Source: an uncultured Caulobacterales bacterium (GTDB taxonomy: Bacteria > Pseudomonadota > Alphaproteobacteria > Caulobacterales > Caulobacteraceae). Taken from it: a stretch of 64,000 nucleotides of DNA. A program made the position numbers and the translations under genes. The DNA lies in contig CAIOYC010000027.1 in assembly GCA_903862425.1 (NCBI GenBank), positions 1-64,000 of the forward strand, in the 5' to 3' direction. The notes under the pieces are model-generated. The model was not told the DNA's origin. It did not search any database and was given only the letters and a program-made list of their open reading frames with translations. Positions 26,973 to 35,423 of the stretch are shown piece by piece; within the stretch, counting starts at the first letter, position 1, and each line of letters starts with the position of its first letter.

Positions 26973-28118
26973 TTAACCAAGTGCTTTAAGGTTCGCTGGA
27001 GCGACGTCAGGGCGGCCCCTGGGCCTGCTGAGCTTGAGCCGACGCTGCAGCGCTTCGGTCATCGGTTTCTCCACGGTGAGGTGGACGGCTAGGCCGATCA
27101 ACGAGCAGGTGACGAGACTGAGCACCACGAAGCTCCAGCCGGGCAAGGCTGCGCCGCCGAACCGCCGCCATAGCTGCACCATGGCCGACAGCATCAGCGG
27201 GTGGATCATATAGATCGCATAGGAGGCGTCGCCGATCGCCTTGGGCGCTCGCCAGGTCGGCATGTGGCCGGCCCGGTCGAGGCCCACCGCACCGACCAGG
27301 AGTATGGCCGCCGGGATCAGCAGGGTGACGAGCCGCTGAGTGTTCGTTCCGTCCCAGAGCTCGCCGCCGAAGACCAGCAGAACCGCTCCGGCCGCCAGCA
27401 GCACCAGGGCTGCTCTCGGCGGAGCGTCACGCCGGGCGGTAAGGATGGCCAGGAGCACGCCCAGGCCCATCTCGACCAGGAGCGGCGAGGTGTAGAAGGC
27501 CGCCGCGACCGAAGTTCCACCGATCCACGGACCCGCCAGCGGCAAAACGATCAGGGCGGCGACCAAGCCGGTCCCGCGCCATCGCTTGGGCAGGCAAAGC
27601 GCCAGAGCCGCGAGCACGTAAAAGAACATCTCATAGTTCAGCGTCCAGCCGGGGATCACCAGCGGCCGCGCATCCACCCCCGGCGCCGGGCTCGGCCAAG
27701 GGAAGAACAGGTAGGAGGCGATCACGTGCGGCAGGCTGAACCGCATGGTCTGCACCAGGTGCGGCGCGATCAGCAGGATCGCCAGCGCCACGGTGGTCAC
27801 GGCCCAGTAGAAGGGGATCACGCGTGCAAAGCGCCGCGCCAGGAATGCTCCCGGCGTCGTGGGTTTGGCGGCGGTGATCGTCCAGATCACGAAGCCCGAG
27901 ATGAGAAAGAAAATCTCGATCCCGCCGTTGCAGAACCTCCAGGTAGCGGTCCCGACCTCGCCCATCGCGTGCCAACCCACCACGAACAGGCAGGCCAGGC
28001 CGCGGAGATACTGGATCGACACAAGCTCAACGCCGGGACGACGCCGCCCGGCGCCTTCGCCGACGTCCTGGCTCAACTCGACCATGGTCTCGTCTCCGTC
28101 GCCGCGCGATGCGGCCAT
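26973..28118 (-). CDS. Acyltransferase family 3 (OafA-like O-acyltransferase) membrane protein
   Basis: Acyl_transf_3 N-terminal motif QYLRGLACLFVVGWH. Polytopic. Confidence 0.8.
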   Translation of the reverse strand: MAASRGDGDETMVELSQDVGEGAGRRRPGVELVSIQYLRGLACLFVVGWHAMGEVGTATWRFCNGGIEIFFLISGFVIWTITAAKPTTPGAFLARRFARVIPFYWAVTTVALAILLIAPHLVQTMRFSLPHVIASYLFFPWPSPAPGVDARPLVIPGWTLNYEMFFYVLAALALCLPKRWRGTGLVAALIVLPLAGPWIGGTSVAAAFYTSPLLVEMGLGVLLAILTARRDAPPRAALVLLAAGAVLLVFGGELWDGTNTQRLVTLLIPAAILLVGAVGLDRAGHMPTWRAPKAIGDASYAIYMIHPLMLSAMVQLWRRFGGAALPGWSFVVLSLVTCSLIGLAVHLTVEKPMTEALQRRLKLSRPRGRPDVAPANLKALG

Positions 28119-28418
28119 GACGGACCCTAGCTCAAAGTCGTATACTTATAGTTGCAATACAACCGTGGCGCTATTTATAGACGATTGTCTGACCTAGGCC
28201 CTGAAACGCCGAACGGATCGAGCAGCTGAAAAGGCGCTATAGCAGGCGCGACAACCGGACCGTTCGGCCAGGCCTGGCGTTGGCCATAACGGCCGCGTCC
28301 TCGTCCCGGCTCCAGGACCAGACTATGTCCTCATCGTTGTAGCAGAGGATGGCGTCCAGCATCGGGCTCCCCTTCAGGCCAAGGACGCGCCAGTATGCCC
28401 GCCGCCGACAATCCCAAT

Positions 28419-28465
28419 CCAGAAACTTGAGAGGCCAGAACCTTGAGAGCCAGGAAACTTGCGAA
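28419..28465. repeat. Three tandem ~15-16-bp direct repeats (ccagaaacttgagagg / ccagaaccttgagag / ccaggaaacttgcgaa) in AT-rich divergent promoter region
   Basis: Read from sequence. Lies ~90 nt upstream of the SRPBCC gene start and within a 434-bp intergenic region. Confidence 0.5.
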
Positions 28466-28552
28466 TGTCGGCAGCGGCCGATTTGTTGAGCGCGCTGTCG
28501 GATCGGCTGGGTTGCCGACGTCCTTAGGGCGCAACCCGATAAGGAAACGACC

Positions 28553-29026
28553 ATGAGCACGCCCTTCCCCGCTGTACGCGAACTGATCCTCAACCGGTTG
28601 ATCGATGCGACGCCCGACAAGGTGTTCCGCTGCTGGACCGACCCGGAACTGATCGTCCGCTGGTTTACCCCGCCGCCCTACAAGACCACCCGCGCCGAGA
28701 TCGACCTGCGTCCCGGCGGGCGCAACGATATTACGATGCAGAGCCCTGACGGCCAGCTGATCCCCAACCGCGGGACCTATCTGGAGGTCATCCCGAACCG
28801 GAAACTGGTCTTCACCGACGCCTTCACCGAAGGCTGGGCCCCCAAGGACGGCGCGCCCTTCATGGTCGCCATCCTCACCTTCGAGCCCGAGAGCGGGAAG
28901 ACGCGCTACATCGCCCGCGTTCGCCACTGGACCACCGAAGCCCACGCGCAGCACCAGGCCATGGGCTTCGAAACCGGCTGGGGCATCGCCGCGGACCAGA
29001 TGGAGGCGGTGGCGAAGGGAATTTGA
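28553..29026 (+). CDS. SRPBCC-superfamily protein (AHSA1/Activator-of-Hsp90-ATPase-like)
   Basis: 157-aa AHSA1-like sequence (LILNRLIDATPDKVFRCWTDPELIVRWF...). Confidence 0.75.
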   Translation: MSTPFPAVRELILNRLIDATPDKVFRCWTDPELIVRWFTPPPYKTTRAEIDLRPGGRNDITMQSPDGQLIPNRGTYLEVIPNRKLVFTDAFTEGWAPKDGAPFMVAILTFEPESGKTRYIARVRHWTTEAHAQHQAMGFETGWGIAADQMEAVAKGI

Positions 29027-29031
29027 ACCTC

Positions 29032-29050
29032 GCCCCCTTGCAGAGGGGGC
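29032..29050 (+). terminator. Stem-loop GCCCCCT-tgcag-AGGGGGC after SRPBCC gene
   Basis: 7-bp perfect stem read from sequence. No T-run. Confidence 0.4.
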
Positions 29051-29180
29051 AATGGTCGGGTTGAGCCGGGGTGTCAGCGAGGGCGTCGCCGCCCCGGATC
29101 AGGTCGGTCGATGTCTCGGTGGGTCGCTCTTCCCCGAACTCCTTCCTCCGCATGGACAAGGCATGTTCCCCGCACCACGC

Positions 29181-31658
29181 TCAGTCGAGTTCCATGGCGT
29201 CGGCGATCAGGGCGTCGGCGGTTTCGGTGAGGAGGGCTTCGGCGCCGGCGCCGGCGATGCTTTCGCGGCCGATCTCGAGCAGGACGGGGACGGCGAAAGG
29301 GGAGACGCGGGCCAGTTCGATGGGGGTGATGCGGCCCTTGATCCGCTGGAGGAGCCGTCCCAGCCGCGCCACGTCCAACACGCCCTGGGCGGCATCGGCG
29401 CGGGCGCAGCGGAGCAGCAGGTGATCCGGCTGGTGCTTCCTCAGCACGTCGTAGATCAGGTCGGTGGAGAAGGTGACCTGGCGGTTCGACTTCTCCGCCC
29501 CCGGCTGGCGGCGCTGGATCAGGCCGGAGATCATGGCGCAATGGCGAAAGGCGCGCTTCATCATGAAGCTCTCATCGAGCCAGGATTCCAGGTCATCGCC
29601 CAACATGTCTTCCTGGAACAACTCGGCAATATCGAGATCGCCCATCGGTCGTCGCGCCCAGACCGCCAGGGCGTAGTCGTTGGCGACAAAGCCGAGGGGC
29701 TGGCGACCGGCCCGCTCCAGTCGCCGGGCGAGCAACTGGCACAGGGTGCCGTGGCTGATCCGTCCGTCGAAGGGGTAGGCGACGAGGAAATGGCGCTGGC
29801 CGCGCTGGAAGGTCTCGACCAGCATCTCGTTTTCGGAAGGAATCTTCGAGCGCAGGCGCTGAATGGTCATCCATTCCTGGATATCGTCGGGCAGGCCGGG
29901 CCAGCCCTTCTGGTCGGCGATCATGCGGCGCACGCGGGCGGCCAGATAGGTGGAGAGGGCGAACTTGGAGCCGCCCCATGAGGGTGTGCGCGCCTCCTCG
30001 CCCGGCGCAGGAGTCACGAGAGCGTCGAGGCCGGTGATGGTCTCGAACCGCCAGACCTGGCCGCCGAACAGGAAGCAGTCGCCCGGGGAGAGCTGTTCGA
30101 GGAAATTTTCCTCCATCTCGCCGATCTTCCGGGCCCCGACCCGCTGGCGGCCGCGCGTGGAGGCGACCTTGATCGACAGCATGGGGATTTCGATGATCGA
30201 GCCAACATTCATGCGATGGCGGGCGACGATTTCGCCGTTGCGGGCTTTCCACCTGCCCTTGTCCGGCCCGGTGGCGACCTTTACCAGCCGGGCGAAGCGG
30301 TCGTAGGAGCGCAGCGCGTAGCCGCCGGTGGCGACGTAATCGACCACCCGCTCGAAGTCCTCCCAGCTGAGGTCGGCGTAGGGGGCGGCAGTGATAACCT
30401 CATCATAGAGGGCGGCCATGTCGAAGGCCTCGCCGCAGCCGACGCCCATGACGTGCTGGGCCAGGATGTCCTGCGCGCCGATCCGCGCCGGTTCGCCGTC
30501 GAGGTCGTTGGCCTCCACCGCCTCCTTGGCCGCCTCGCATTCCAGGAACTCGAAGCGGTGTGCGGGCACGAGCAGCGCGCGGCTGGGTTCGTCGAGCCGG
30601 TGGTTGGCGCGGCCGATCCGCTGCACCAACCGCGATGAGCCCTTGGGCGCGGCCAGCTGGATGACCAGGTCCACCGAACCCCAGTCGATGCCGAGGTCGA
30701 GCGTGGAGGTGCAGATCACGGCGCGCAGTTCATCGCGCGACATGGCCGCCTCGACCTTTCGCCGCTGCTCGGCCGAGAGCGAGCCGTGGTGCAGGGCGAT
30801 GGGCAGGTTGGCGTCGTTCATCTCCCACAGGGTCTGGAACGCCATCTCCGCCTGGAAGCGGGTGTTGACGAAGACCAGCGAGGTCTTGTTGCGCGCGATG
30901 GCCTGATAGACCTCGGCCATGGCGTGCCGCGCGGTCCAGCCAGACCAGGGAACGTGGTTCTCCGAAACCAGCACCTCCACCTGTGGCGGCGCTCCGGGAT
31001 CGCCCTGGACCAGGTCGGCCACGCTTGGCGCGGGGCTGAGCCAGCGGCGCAGCATATCCGGGTCGTTGACGGTGGCGGAGAGGCCCACCCGCCGCATCAT
31101 CGGCGCGAAGCTCGAGAGACGGGCGAGACCGAGCGACAGCAGGTCGCCGCGCTTGGAACCATGGATGGCGTGGATTTCGTCCAGGATCACGCAGCGCAGA
31201 TCGGCGAAATAGGCCCGCGCCCCGTCCCAGGCGCAGAACAGCGCCAGCTGCTCGGGGGTCGTCAGCAGCATGTCCGGCGGATGCAGCCGCTGGCGTTGGC
31301 GCTTGCCGAGGGGGGTGTCGCCGGTGCGCGCCTCCACCGTGATGGGCAGGCCCATATCGGCGATGGGGATTTCCAGGTTTCGGTGGACGTCCGTGGCCAA
31401 GGCCTTCAGCGGCGACAGATAGAGGGTGTGCACGCCTCTGGTCGCGTTGCGCGGCGGGCGTTCGGCGAGGTCGATCAGGCTCGGCAGGAAGCCGGCCAGG
31501 GTCTTGCCGCCGCCCGTGGGAGCGATCAGCAGGGCGTCGCGGCCCTCGCGGCCCTTCTGCACCATTTCCAGCTGGTGGCGACGCGGCGACCAGCCCCGGC
31601 CCTCGAACCACGCCCTGAAGCGTGGCGGCAGAATTGCGGGCGAGGAGGAGCCGTCCAT
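29181..31658 (-). CDS. Ligase-associated DNA damage response DEXH-box helicase (Lhr-like)
   Basis: Walker A APTGGGKT, DEIH box (ILDEIHAI), helicase C domain and C-terminal DEAD-associated region. 825 aa. Confidence 0.8.
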   Translation of the reverse strand: MDGSSSPAILPPRFRAWFEGRGWSPRRHQLEMVQKGREGRDALLIAPTGGGKTLAGFLPSLIDLAERPPRNATRGVHTLYLSPLKALATDVHRNLEIPIADMGLPITVEARTGDTPLGKRQRQRLHPPDMLLTTPEQLALFCAWDGARAYFADLRCVILDEIHAIHGSKRGDLLSLGLARLSSFAPMMRRVGLSATVNDPDMLRRWLSPAPSVADLVQGDPGAPPQVEVLVSENHVPWSGWTARHAMAEVYQAIARNKTSLVFVNTRFQAEMAFQTLWEMNDANLPIALHHGSLSAEQRRKVEAAMSRDELRAVICTSTLDLGIDWGSVDLVIQLAAPKGSSRLVQRIGRANHRLDEPSRALLVPAHRFEFLECEAAKEAVEANDLDGEPARIGAQDILAQHVMGVGCGEAFDMAALYDEVITAAPYADLSWEDFERVVDYVATGGYALRSYDRFARLVKVATGPDKGRWKARNGEIVARHRMNVGSIIEIPMLSIKVASTRGRQRVGARKIGEMEENFLEQLSPGDCFLFGGQVWRFETITGLDALVTPAPGEEARTPSWGGSKFALSTYLAARVRRMIADQKGWPGLPDDIQEWMTIQRLRSKIPSENEMLVETFQRGQRHFLVAYPFDGRISHGTLCQLLARRLERAGRQPLGFVANDYALAVWARRPMGDLDIAELFQEDMLGDDLESWLDESFMMKRAFRHCAMISGLIQRRQPGAEKSNRQVTFSTDLIYDVLRKHQPDHLLLRCARADAAQGVLDVARLGRLLQRIKGRITPIELARVSPFAVPVLLEIGRESIAGAGAEALLTETADALIADAMELD

Positions 31659-31675
31659 CCCGCTCCCTATAGCAC

Positions 31676-31691
31676 GTTCCTCGTTTGTTTC
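31676..31691 (+). promoter_or_regulatory. Candidate LexA-box-like GTTC-ctcgttt-GTTTC motif 18-33 nt upstream of the Lhr-like helicase start (read as GAAAC-N7-GAAC on the coding strand)
   Basis: Same GTTC-N7-GTTTC pattern as at 512-526. One deviation from alphaproteobacterial LexA consensus GTTC-N7-GTTC. Confidence 0.35.
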
Positions 31692-31920
31692 AGCAGGGCG
31701 CAGCGGCGCGGTTCAGAAGATCGGTGGCGGGTGCGGCGCGGGCGGCGCGCCTGGTTGGGCGGGACAGTCCGGGCGGATTCGCGTGCCAAGCGGAACATCG
31801 CCGTCGGCGCACCAGCGTGCCGCGCCAAGTCCTCTGGGGGTGCGAGCCTCGCCATAATAGCGGGCGCCGTAGCTGACCAGTTTCGGAATCACCTCCTGGG
31901 GATTGGAAGAGAAGCCGCCA

Positions 31921-32340
31921 CTATCGACCACGGTTTGCCACAAGACGTGGGGCGGGTCGTCCGGCCCCTTTGATCGAGCGGGCCTCGAGCGCGGTGACCA
32001 CGAGCGCGCGGTAGACCGGGTCGCTCAGCGCGCCATCGAAAAACGTGCCGTAGGGTTTGTCATAGGCGATGTAGTCCACCAGCAGCACCACCGCCGGCGT
32101 GCTCTCCTTGCCCACCAGGTTGAAGCCACGCCTGGACAGGGCGTCGCCGAGTTGGTTGGCGATGAGGATGAAGGTCGGATCGGTGGCCTGTGCGGCGCTG
32201 CCTGGACTGATGCGCATGGGCAGGGCGTGGTCCACCGGCGCCTCCGCCCAGGCCTCCACGAGACGCGGCGGCGCCGCGCGGGCGGATGCGGACAACACCG
32301 ACCCCACCAGGACGGCGCCGGCAAACACGATGGTGCGCAT
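31921..32340 (-). CDS. Secreted hypothetical protein
   Basis: GGAGG RBS 6 nt upstream of ATG (MRTIVFAGAVLVGSVLSASARA signal peptide). ORF-track start 32610 is an over-extension. Competes with an antisense ORF 31903-32556 that has no homology signal. Confidence 0.4.
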   Translation of the reverse strand: MRTIVFAGAVLVGSVLSASARAAPPRLVEAWAEAPVDHALPMRISPGSAAQATDPTFILIANQLGDALSRRGFNLVGKESTPAVVLLVDYIAYDKPYGTFFDGALSDPVYRALVVTALEARSIKGAGRPAPRLVANRGR

Positions 32341-32365
32341 GCGCATCCTCCATTGACCTTGTCGG

Positions 32366-33019
32366 TCAGTCGCGATCCGGGGCGCCGAGGGGGAAATAGC
32401 CGCGGTAGGAACGTCCTTCTTCGACCGCCCGAGCGACGGAGGGCCGGGCCAGAAGGCGCGCGCGATAGGCGCGCACAGCGGGAAATTCCGGCCCGATCTG
32501 GCGCACCCAGTCGGCGTAGAACAGCGATGGCGCGGCGGCGCAGTCGGCCATGGTGAAGGCCCCGCCCACCGCCCAGCTGTGTCCGGCGAGCCGCTCTTCC
32601 AGCCAGGCATAGGCGGTGTCGAGGGCCGTGGCCGCCTCGGTCAGCGCCGCATCCTTGCGTCCGTCCGCCCCGCGGATCGCCTCGAACACCGGCTGCTGCA
32701 TCGCGCTCATGACGTAGTGGTCAAAGAAGCGGTCCATGAACCGGACCTCCAGCGCCGCGTCCGGGTCTTCGGGCAGCAGGCGCACGGGACCGGGGTGATG
32801 CAGGCCCAGATGCTCGATGATGATGCTCGATTCCACCACGGTCCTGCCGTCGTCCACCAGTACCGGAAAGCGACCCAGCGGCCACAGCGCCTTGCGCTCG
32901 TCGTCCGCCCCCGTCTCCTCAAGATGGCGATAGGTGAACGGGGTGTCGTTCTCCCAGAGCGCAATCAGCACCTTCTGCGAATACGAGGAGAAGGGATGGG
33001 AATAAAGCGTCAGCGCCAT
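32366..33019 (-). CDS. Glutathione S-transferase
   Basis: GST N-terminal thioredoxin-like motif MALTLYSHPFSSYSQKVLIAL plus C-terminal alpha-helical domain. Confidence 0.85.
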   Translation of the reverse strand: MALTLYSHPFSSYSQKVLIALWENDTPFTYRHLEETGADDERKALWPLGRFPVLVDDGRTVVESSIIIEHLGLHHPGPVRLLPEDPDAALEVRFMDRFFDHYVMSAMQQPVFEAIRGADGRKDAALTEAATALDTAYAWLEERLAGHSWAVGGAFTMADCAAAPSLFYADWVRQIGPEFPAVRAYRARLLARPSVARAVEEGRSYRGYFPLGAPDRD

Positions 33020-33045
33020 GGCGAGTCCCGCGAAGCTGTCGGCGT

Positions 33046-33462
33046 CTAGTTGAGGCTGCGCCGTGCGTCCGGAATATCGAGCGAGAAGGCCGGGATGTCG
33101 ATCTCGAACCGTTCGCCCGCCTCATCGACCATGGTGTACTGGCCGAGCATGGAGCCCGAAGGCGTCGGCAGCGGACAGCCGGAGCTGTAGGCATAGGCGT
33201 CCCCCGGCGCGAGGGTCGGGGTCTGACCGACCACGCCCGGCCCAATCACCGTCTCCACCCGACCCAGTGCGTCGGTGATGCTCCAGGCGCGGGAGACGAG
33301 TTGGGCCGTCCGGGTCGAGGCGTTGACGATCTCTATGTGATAGGCCCAGACCCAGCGGCCCTCGTCCGGCTCGGACTGGTCAGCCAGGTATTGCGGCTGC
33401 ACCCGCACGATGAAGCCCCAGGTCTCGGCTTCATAGGCGGGGTCGGTCGCGAAGCGGCTCAT
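33046..33462 (-). CDS. apaG: ApaG (DUF525) protein
   Basis: Start re-set to MSRFATDPAYEAETWGF... Conserved ApaG core (VRVQPQYL...WVWAYHIEIVN). ORF-track N-extension is Cys/Ser-rich junk. Confidence 0.8.
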   Translation of the reverse strand: MSRFATDPAYEAETWGFIVRVQPQYLADQSEPDEGRWVWAYHIEIVNASTRTAQLVSRAWSITDALGRVETVIGPGVVGQTPTLAPGDAYAYSSGCPLPTPSGSMLGQYTMVDEAGERFEIDIPAFSLDIPDARRSLN

Positions 33463-33469
33463 CGGCTGG

Positions 33470-33985
33470 TCAAGCGTTGGCCGTGCCGTTGCCGCCGCCA
33501 GCGGGCAGCACGCCGAGCAATTGGATGCGGAATACCAGCACCGCGTTAGGCGGGATCGGCCCCTGCCCTTCGGCGCCGTAGCCGAGCTGGGCCGGCAGGT
33601 AGACAATCCATTCGTCGCCCACATGCATCTTGGGGAGCGCTTCCATCCAACCCGGCACCAGATGGTCGAGCGGCATCACGGCGGGCACGCCGCGCTTGAA
33701 GCTCGAATCGAACACCTCGCCCGAGAGAAGCGTGCCCTCGTAGTTGATCTTGATCTCGTCGCCCTTCTTCGGGCTCGGGCCATCGGTGGGGCCGGACTTG
33801 ACCACCTTGTACTGCAGCCCGTCCGCCAGAGTCGTCACACCCGGCTCCTTAGCGTTCTTGACCAGGAAGGCGGCGCCGTCCGGCGTATCCTTGGCGGTGA
33901 ACTCGTGCTTCTTCTCCTTCGGTCCGCAGGCTGCGAGAGCGAGCACTATGGCCAGAGCGGAGATGAGGCGAGCAGAGCGGTGCAT
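33470..33985 (-). CDS. FKBP-type peptidyl-prolyl cis-trans isomerase, lipoprotein
   Basis: Lipobox LALAAC. FKBP domain (GDEIKINYEGTLLSGEVFDSSF...). Confidence 0.85.
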   Translation of the reverse strand: MHRSARLISALAIVLALAACGPKEKKHEFTAKDTPDGAAFLVKNAKEPGVTTLADGLQYKVVKSGPTDGPSPKKGDEIKINYEGTLLSGEVFDSSFKRGVPAVMPLDHLVPGWMEALPKMHVGDEWIVYLPAQLGYGAEGQGPIPPNAVLVFRIQLLGVLPAGGGNGTANA

Positions 33986-33996
33986 GAGGGGTTCCG

Positions 33997-35259
33997 TCAG
34001 GAGCGTTGGCGGGGCGGATAGCCGGCGGCGCGCAGCGCCTCGACGACATCCTGGCTGTGGGCGGCGTCGCGTGTCTCGATCAGGATGTCGAACTCGGCGC
34101 CCTTGGCGGGCACATCGAGGGCCAGGCGGTTGTGCGCCACCTCGATGATGTTGGCGCCCGCCGCGCCGATGATGGCCGACACCGCGCCGAGCAGGCCCGG
34201 CCGGTCGTCGCCGACGATGCGCAGGGAGACGATCCGCTTCTCACGCACCAGTTCACGGGTGAGGACCGAGGCGAGCAGGCGGCTGTCGATATTGCCGCCG
34301 GTGATGACGACTCCAACCTTTTTGCCACGGAACATCTGCGGATAGGTCAGAAGGGCGGCGAGGGAGGCGGCGCCGGCGCCCTCGGCCACCGTCTTCTCGA
34401 CGTTGGCGTAGAGGGCCACCGCCTGTTCCAGTTGCGGCTCCTCCACCAGAAGCACTTCCTGGATCAGGGGGCGCAGGACGGCATAGGTCAGCTCGCCCAC
34501 GGCCTTGACGGCGATGCCCTCGGCGATGGTCTGTCCGCCGGCCGCCGCCTTCAGCCCGCGCATCCGAGCGGTGAAGGAGGGGTACATGGCGGGTTCAACG
34601 CCGTAGATGCCGATCTCGGGCCGCATAGCCTTGGCCGCCGTGGCCATGCCGGCCAGCAGGCCGCCGCCGCCGATGGGCACGATCAGGGCGTCGAGATCCG
34701 GCGCATCCTCCAGCATCTCCAGCGCCACCGTCCCCTGGCCGGCGATCACATCCGGGTCGTTGAACGGATGGACGAACACCAGCTGGCGCTCCATGCACAG
34801 TTGGGTGGCGACGGCGGCGGCGTCGTCGTAGGTCTCGCCCTCCAGCACCACCTCGGCGCCGAAGTCGCGGGTGTGCTCCACCTTCACCGTCGGGGTGTTC
34901 CTGGGCATGACGATCACCGCCGGCACGCCGAGATTGGCGGCGTGATAGGCCAGGGCCTGGGCGTGGTTGCCGGCCGAGGCGGCGATGACGCCCCGCCGGC
35001 GTTCGCTCTCGCTCATGAGCAACAGCTTGTTGAGCGCGCCCCGCTCCTTGTAGGCGGCGGTGAACTGCAGGTTCTCGAACTTGACCCACACCTCAGCCCC
35101 GGTGATGCGCGACAGGGTGCGCGAGAGGCGGCAGGGCGTGCGCTCGATCCGACCCTTCAGCCGCGCCGCGGCCGCACGAATCTCGTCCATCGACACACTG
35201 GTGCGGTTAGGCGTTTCGGCGACGGCGGTCTGAGCGAGGGACATGGGAGAGGCTGACAT
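33997..35259 (-). CDS. ilvA: Threonine ammonia-lyase (threonine dehydratase) with C-terminal regulatory domain
   Basis: PLP-lysine region FENLQFTAAYKERGA. Gly-rich loop. Fold-type II PLP enzyme. 420 aa. Confidence 0.85.
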   Translation of the reverse strand: MSASPMSLAQTAVAETPNRTSVSMDEIRAAAARLKGRIERTPCRLSRTLSRITGAEVWVKFENLQFTAAYKERGALNKLLLMSESERRRGVIAASAGNHAQALAYHAANLGVPAVIVMPRNTPTVKVEHTRDFGAEVVLEGETYDDAAAVATQLCMERQLVFVHPFNDPDVIAGQGTVALEMLEDAPDLDALIVPIGGGGLLAGMATAAKAMRPEIGIYGVEPAMYPSFTARMRGLKAAAGGQTIAEGIAVKAVGELTYAVLRPLIQEVLLVEEPQLEQAVALYANVEKTVAEGAGAASLAALLTYPQMFRGKKVGVVITGGNIDSRLLASVLTRELVREKRIVSLRIVGDDRPGLLGAVSAIIGAAGANIIEVAHNRLALDVPAKGAEFDILIETRDAAHSQDVVEALRAAGYPPRQRS

Positions 35260-35423
35260 ATGGGAGGAAGCGCCGTCCTTAGAGGTTTTCGCCTCCGAGG
35301 GAAACGGCTGTGGTCGCAGCCCTGCGACGGCCTGCCACGCCCGGAATGGGCGCCAGCTGCGCTTACAGCAATAAGGCTTTCACATTGATCAACCTATAAG
35401 TCCGTCAATGTCCGGCCTCGGAG

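Noticed and set aside
28237-28954. ORFs 28237-28620 (-) and 28331-28954 (-) across the AT-rich intergenic region and antisense to the SRPBCC gene
   Set aside because: No RBS or homology. Overlap a well-supported gene and a promoter region.
31903-32556. 217-aa plus-strand ORF antisense to the small secreted protein
   Set aside because: Arg/Gly-rich low complexity. The minus-strand ORF has an RBS and signal peptide.
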